DNA of 51,032 bases, the filler included, from Sphacelaria rigidula (taxonomy: Eukaryota), in NCBI GenBank assembly GCA_964200075.2. It is 3 parts of 3 records of this genome, joined end to end, with 100 filler letters (N's around TTAATTAATTAA, not from the genome) between each part and the next. Parts side by side here need not be neighbours in the genome. Positions count along the whole stretch, not along the records: positions 34,091 to 51,032 come from CAXNAA020001209.1; 2 more parts are not named here. The stretch is one strand, 5' to 3'. The notes beneath the pieces are model-generated. The model saw only the letters and a program-made list of their open reading frames with translations, was not told the origin of the DNA and searched no databases. The translations under genes and the position numbers were made by a program. Positions 48,064-51,032 of the stretch are shown in pieces; position 1 is the stretch's first letter, and every line of letters begins with the position of its first letter.

Positions 48064-49014
48064 GTGCGATATAGTACGGTACGCTACCCGCGATAAGCCG
48101 TACGTGACGAGTGCCATGTTGATTTTGCGTGTGCTAGGAGGTGTTACCTCAAGGGGTTCCGACGCCGGTACGAAGCATATCGCGGCACGGTATGTTACCA
48201 TATGGGTTTTTGGGATCTCTCGCGCAGTGTTTTGGCGGTGGTCCTCGTCTGTGTAGTCGCACGAATTCGGGGCGCAGGATTACATGGTTGAAACGGACAG
48301 CGTTGATAGCAGTGATCACCCACCATTTTCGGATCTTGAGAGAGGATAACAGTCCCGAGGGCTTCCCCGATGTGCAGGCGTGTATTTGAGGTTGAATCGG
48401 CGCCTTCAGCCCCAATCTGTGTCCCAACAATGCGTATTTTTTGCGTAGGGCACCCTATGCCCCCTCGCCCCCCCGCCCCATGCATGGGGGTTCTTGATGT
48501 CTGCCTTGGGCTGGAGTTGTGTGTTCAGGGCTAGCTAGCCTTGGTCATGTCAGACACCGGTATGGACGTTTAGCCATGGATTCATGTCGCTAGGTTTGCG
48601 CGACGCCCCCCGTGATATCTCGCTTTGCCGCCTATGCATTAGGTGATCGTCGCTTTAACGCGATATTTCTTGGTGCGTGGCGTGGCGTGATAATATGTAT
48701 GTATCGCGTGCGCTACAAGGTTTTGTCAGCAAGCTTAGAGTCACAAGCTGACTGATGACGGGCTCTCATTTTGGGATGGAAACAAAAATTGTGTGCAGTG
48801 GCCGGGAAAATGTCTTAAAGCGTATGCTCTAGTTCCTCGAGAGAGTACACACTGCAGTGGTGAATGACGTTTTTCGAAGCGCACGAAGACAAAGGTAGAC
48901 GTGGATCAGATTTCCGTCGTTATCTGGCCGACAGTGCGCAGTGCTTACTTTTCTGCCACACATGTGCTGAAGCGAGAAACATGTGAAGTAACGAACGAGA
49001 TAGACGGAATGAAG

Positions 49015-49086
49015 CCAGCTGCGGAGAATCGCGGTGGATTTCTCCACCGAAGCTGTCCTTTCACCTGAAAAATCCGAAACGTCGAG
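49015..49086 (+). CDS. Possible further RAD17 exon
   Basis: Phase-2-compatible AG and GTGGGC donor, giving QLRRIAVDFSTEAVLSPEKSETSR. The acceptor is weak and no motif was recognised. Confidence 0.25.
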
Positions 49087-49895
49087 GTGGGCTTGTTCGG
49101 CTCTACCTCCCGTAGATTTGTCACCGCTTCTTTTCATGAGTGGGCGTCTATGGGCACTCTCGAATATCTATTTGAGAGCCACTGTTATATCCTGTGAGAT
49201 ACATCGCATGCTTTTTTTCTTATTTATCGCACTTTGAACTCTTTCTCTTCCTTGGGACGAGTCCGTGGTCTTAAGGGATCATCCCATCTCTCCCCCAGTT
49301 CACGCCTTGCATTTTGGTCTCGCGGATTGGATCATGACTATCAGCACTCCCGCACCGCGTCAACTCAGTCGACTACTTTTGTACGTTGAAATTGATATAC
49401 GTGTGCAACTTCGCTGATCGCTGCACCCTAGGTTGGCCATGCATAACAAGGCATATACTTTCCTCGATACTACCCAGAATCTTTACAGGATGAGGGGTAG
49501 GTATGAGAGTAGCGAAATGAACTCGCGTTCAAATGAAAGTCTCGAGAGGAAGGGGTCCCAGTCTGGTGAGAGAGGGAGTGGTTAAGTGGCGGTAAACGTT
49601 TGGTGAGAAACCAATACTCGTAGGTGCAAAATACAGCACAAAACGAACCCGACTCTGTTTTTACTGAAGCAGTAGTAGTGCAAAGATAGAGGCCACCACA
49701 TCGAGATGAACACATGCAAGATTGATCGATACATTACTCTCTGTTAGTGGTGTATAAAACACCGTAACTGCAGGGCCCTTCTTCCTCTCCTGTGTAGGGT
49801 ACATATTCAGCAGATGATCAAGCAGCGGGCAGTATTGCATGCAACGGGTAGAGCACATTTTTTTTCAAGGTAGGATAGAAACATTTTGCGATGTT

Positions 49896-50253
49896 GTAGC
49901 ACGCAAAACGTTCACACTGCCTTAGGCCAAGCTTGCAGACGCTTGAGGCGCCTACTACCCCACATGGCTGTCGCGAGGCAGTGTAGCTGCACGCAAAAAA
50001 GTTCACACTGCCTTAAGCCAAGCTTGCAGACGCTTGAGGCGCCTACTACCCCACATGGCTGTCGCGAGACAGTGTAGCTGCACGCAAAAAAGTTCACACT
50101 GCCTTGAGCGAAGCTTGCAAACGCTTGAGGCGCCTACCTCACATGGCTGCAGCGAGGCAGTCTAGTAGCGCGCAAAAAGTTCACACTACCTTGAGCGATG
50201 CTTGCAAACGCTTGAGGGGCCTACCCCACATGACTGCCGCGAGGCAGTCTAGC
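49896..50253. repeat. Tandem repeat, 4 copies of an 87-91-bp unit
   Basis: GTTCACACT recurs at 49910, 50001, 50092 and 50179. Confidence 0.95.
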
Positions 50254-50596
50254 CGAGTTTCTGGGTAATCGGAACCCGCTTGCAGGACAACTCTTAAGTC
50301 AGGTTTCCCTCCTCCTCCAAGGAAAAGAAGACGGAAACAATGTTCCTTTATCTGCACAATGGAGGAGTGAAAGAGCAGCAGCACGGATGATTGTGAGTGA
50401 CGGATGATAGGTCGCAAGTCCACCGTGAGGGTGTGAACATGGAACAGCAAGAAGCTTTGAAATCGAACAATGATGAGCTTGCACCAGCTGCATCTACAAG
50501 CTCCGAGCTATCACTCGTTCAAAACGTACTCGCCATCAAACAGTCTGTACCTCAACACCGGTTGTCTTGATCCATGAATATTCTTTTCCATGATTG

Positions 50597-50801
50597 CAAG
50601 GGCAGGTCGAGTACAGTATACTAAACTGCGGGGTATTTTGAAAGACGGACTGGAGGTACTCAAATTAGGGTAGAGTGTTGGGAGTCGTACTCAAAAAATA
50701 ACTGGAAAGCGATCCCTAAAACCCTATACCCAATTTTTGTACTTCAAGTACGACTTTCAAAATACCCCGCAATTGAGTATACTCTCCTCGACCTGCCCTT
50801 G
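50597..50801. mobile_element. hAT-type MITE, 205 bp, with intact TSD
   Basis: TIR CAAGGGCAGGTCGAG / CTCGACCTGCCCTTG, with a perfect 8-bp TSD CATGATTG (50589-50596, 50802-50809). Confidence 0.93.
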
Positions 50802-51032
50802 CATGATTGTCTAACCTGTACAAATATACGATTACCAAGGTGATGACTACGGTCGGTTATCATACGAAGCTATGTGTTTTACATTGTGCCCCCCCTCCCC
50901 CAAAGGTTAGACACCCATGAGGCAGTGCATAAGCTGTGGTTGTCTCTGGAAGTGGCGATGCCACAAAATAAAGCAAATCATTGTTGGCTGTCATCCAAAT
51001 GCAAGATAATCACTAGGATTCGGGCCCAACAA

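Noticed and set aside
48750-48785. Hammerhead ribozyme (CTGATGA...GAAA); also ~3020-3055
   Set aside because: No stem II or flanking helices can be formed.
49896-50253. CRISPR array or tRNA gene cluster
   Set aside because: Whole units are repeated with no spacers, and there is no T-loop/B-box GTTCGA or cloverleaf.
50289-50425. Terminal RAD17 exon
   Set aside because: A CAG acceptor is present, but no frame gives a recognisable RAD17 C-terminus.

Overview
Eukaryotic, repeat-rich DNA, most likely from a brown alga (Phaeophyceae). This is inferred from an EsV-1-7 repeat gene, short GC-rich exons in long introns, and the repeat types. The window is not one locus. It is three unrelated contigs of almost equal length (1-16947, 17048-33990, 34091-51032) joined by artificial N44-TTAATTAATTAA-N44 linkers. 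Contig 1 holds a decayed plus-strand gene with MULE-transposase-like motifs (interrupted by a hAT MITE), AT-rich repeat DNA, and a large Ala/Ser-rich minus-strand gene of unknown function. Contig 2 is a transposon graveyard: copia and RTE-LINE remnants, a tRNA-derived SINE, and hAT, piggyBac, Tc1/pogo and foldback elements. It ends in an open tandem array of 38-aa EsV-1-7 Cys/His repeats, cut off by the contig end. Contig 3 carries seven phase-compatible exons of the 3' half of RAD17. Its introns hold many MITEs, a 1.6-kb multi-hairpin foldback and a 17-bp minisatellite. A decayed ankyrin gene lies upstream of the exons and a 91-bp structured tandem repeat lies downstream. The most interesting signal is the EsV-1-7 array, which has fixed metal-ligand positions, hypervariable dipeptides and mosaic sharing of DNA blocks between repeats. 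All family assignments are from recalled motifs, not from database searches.
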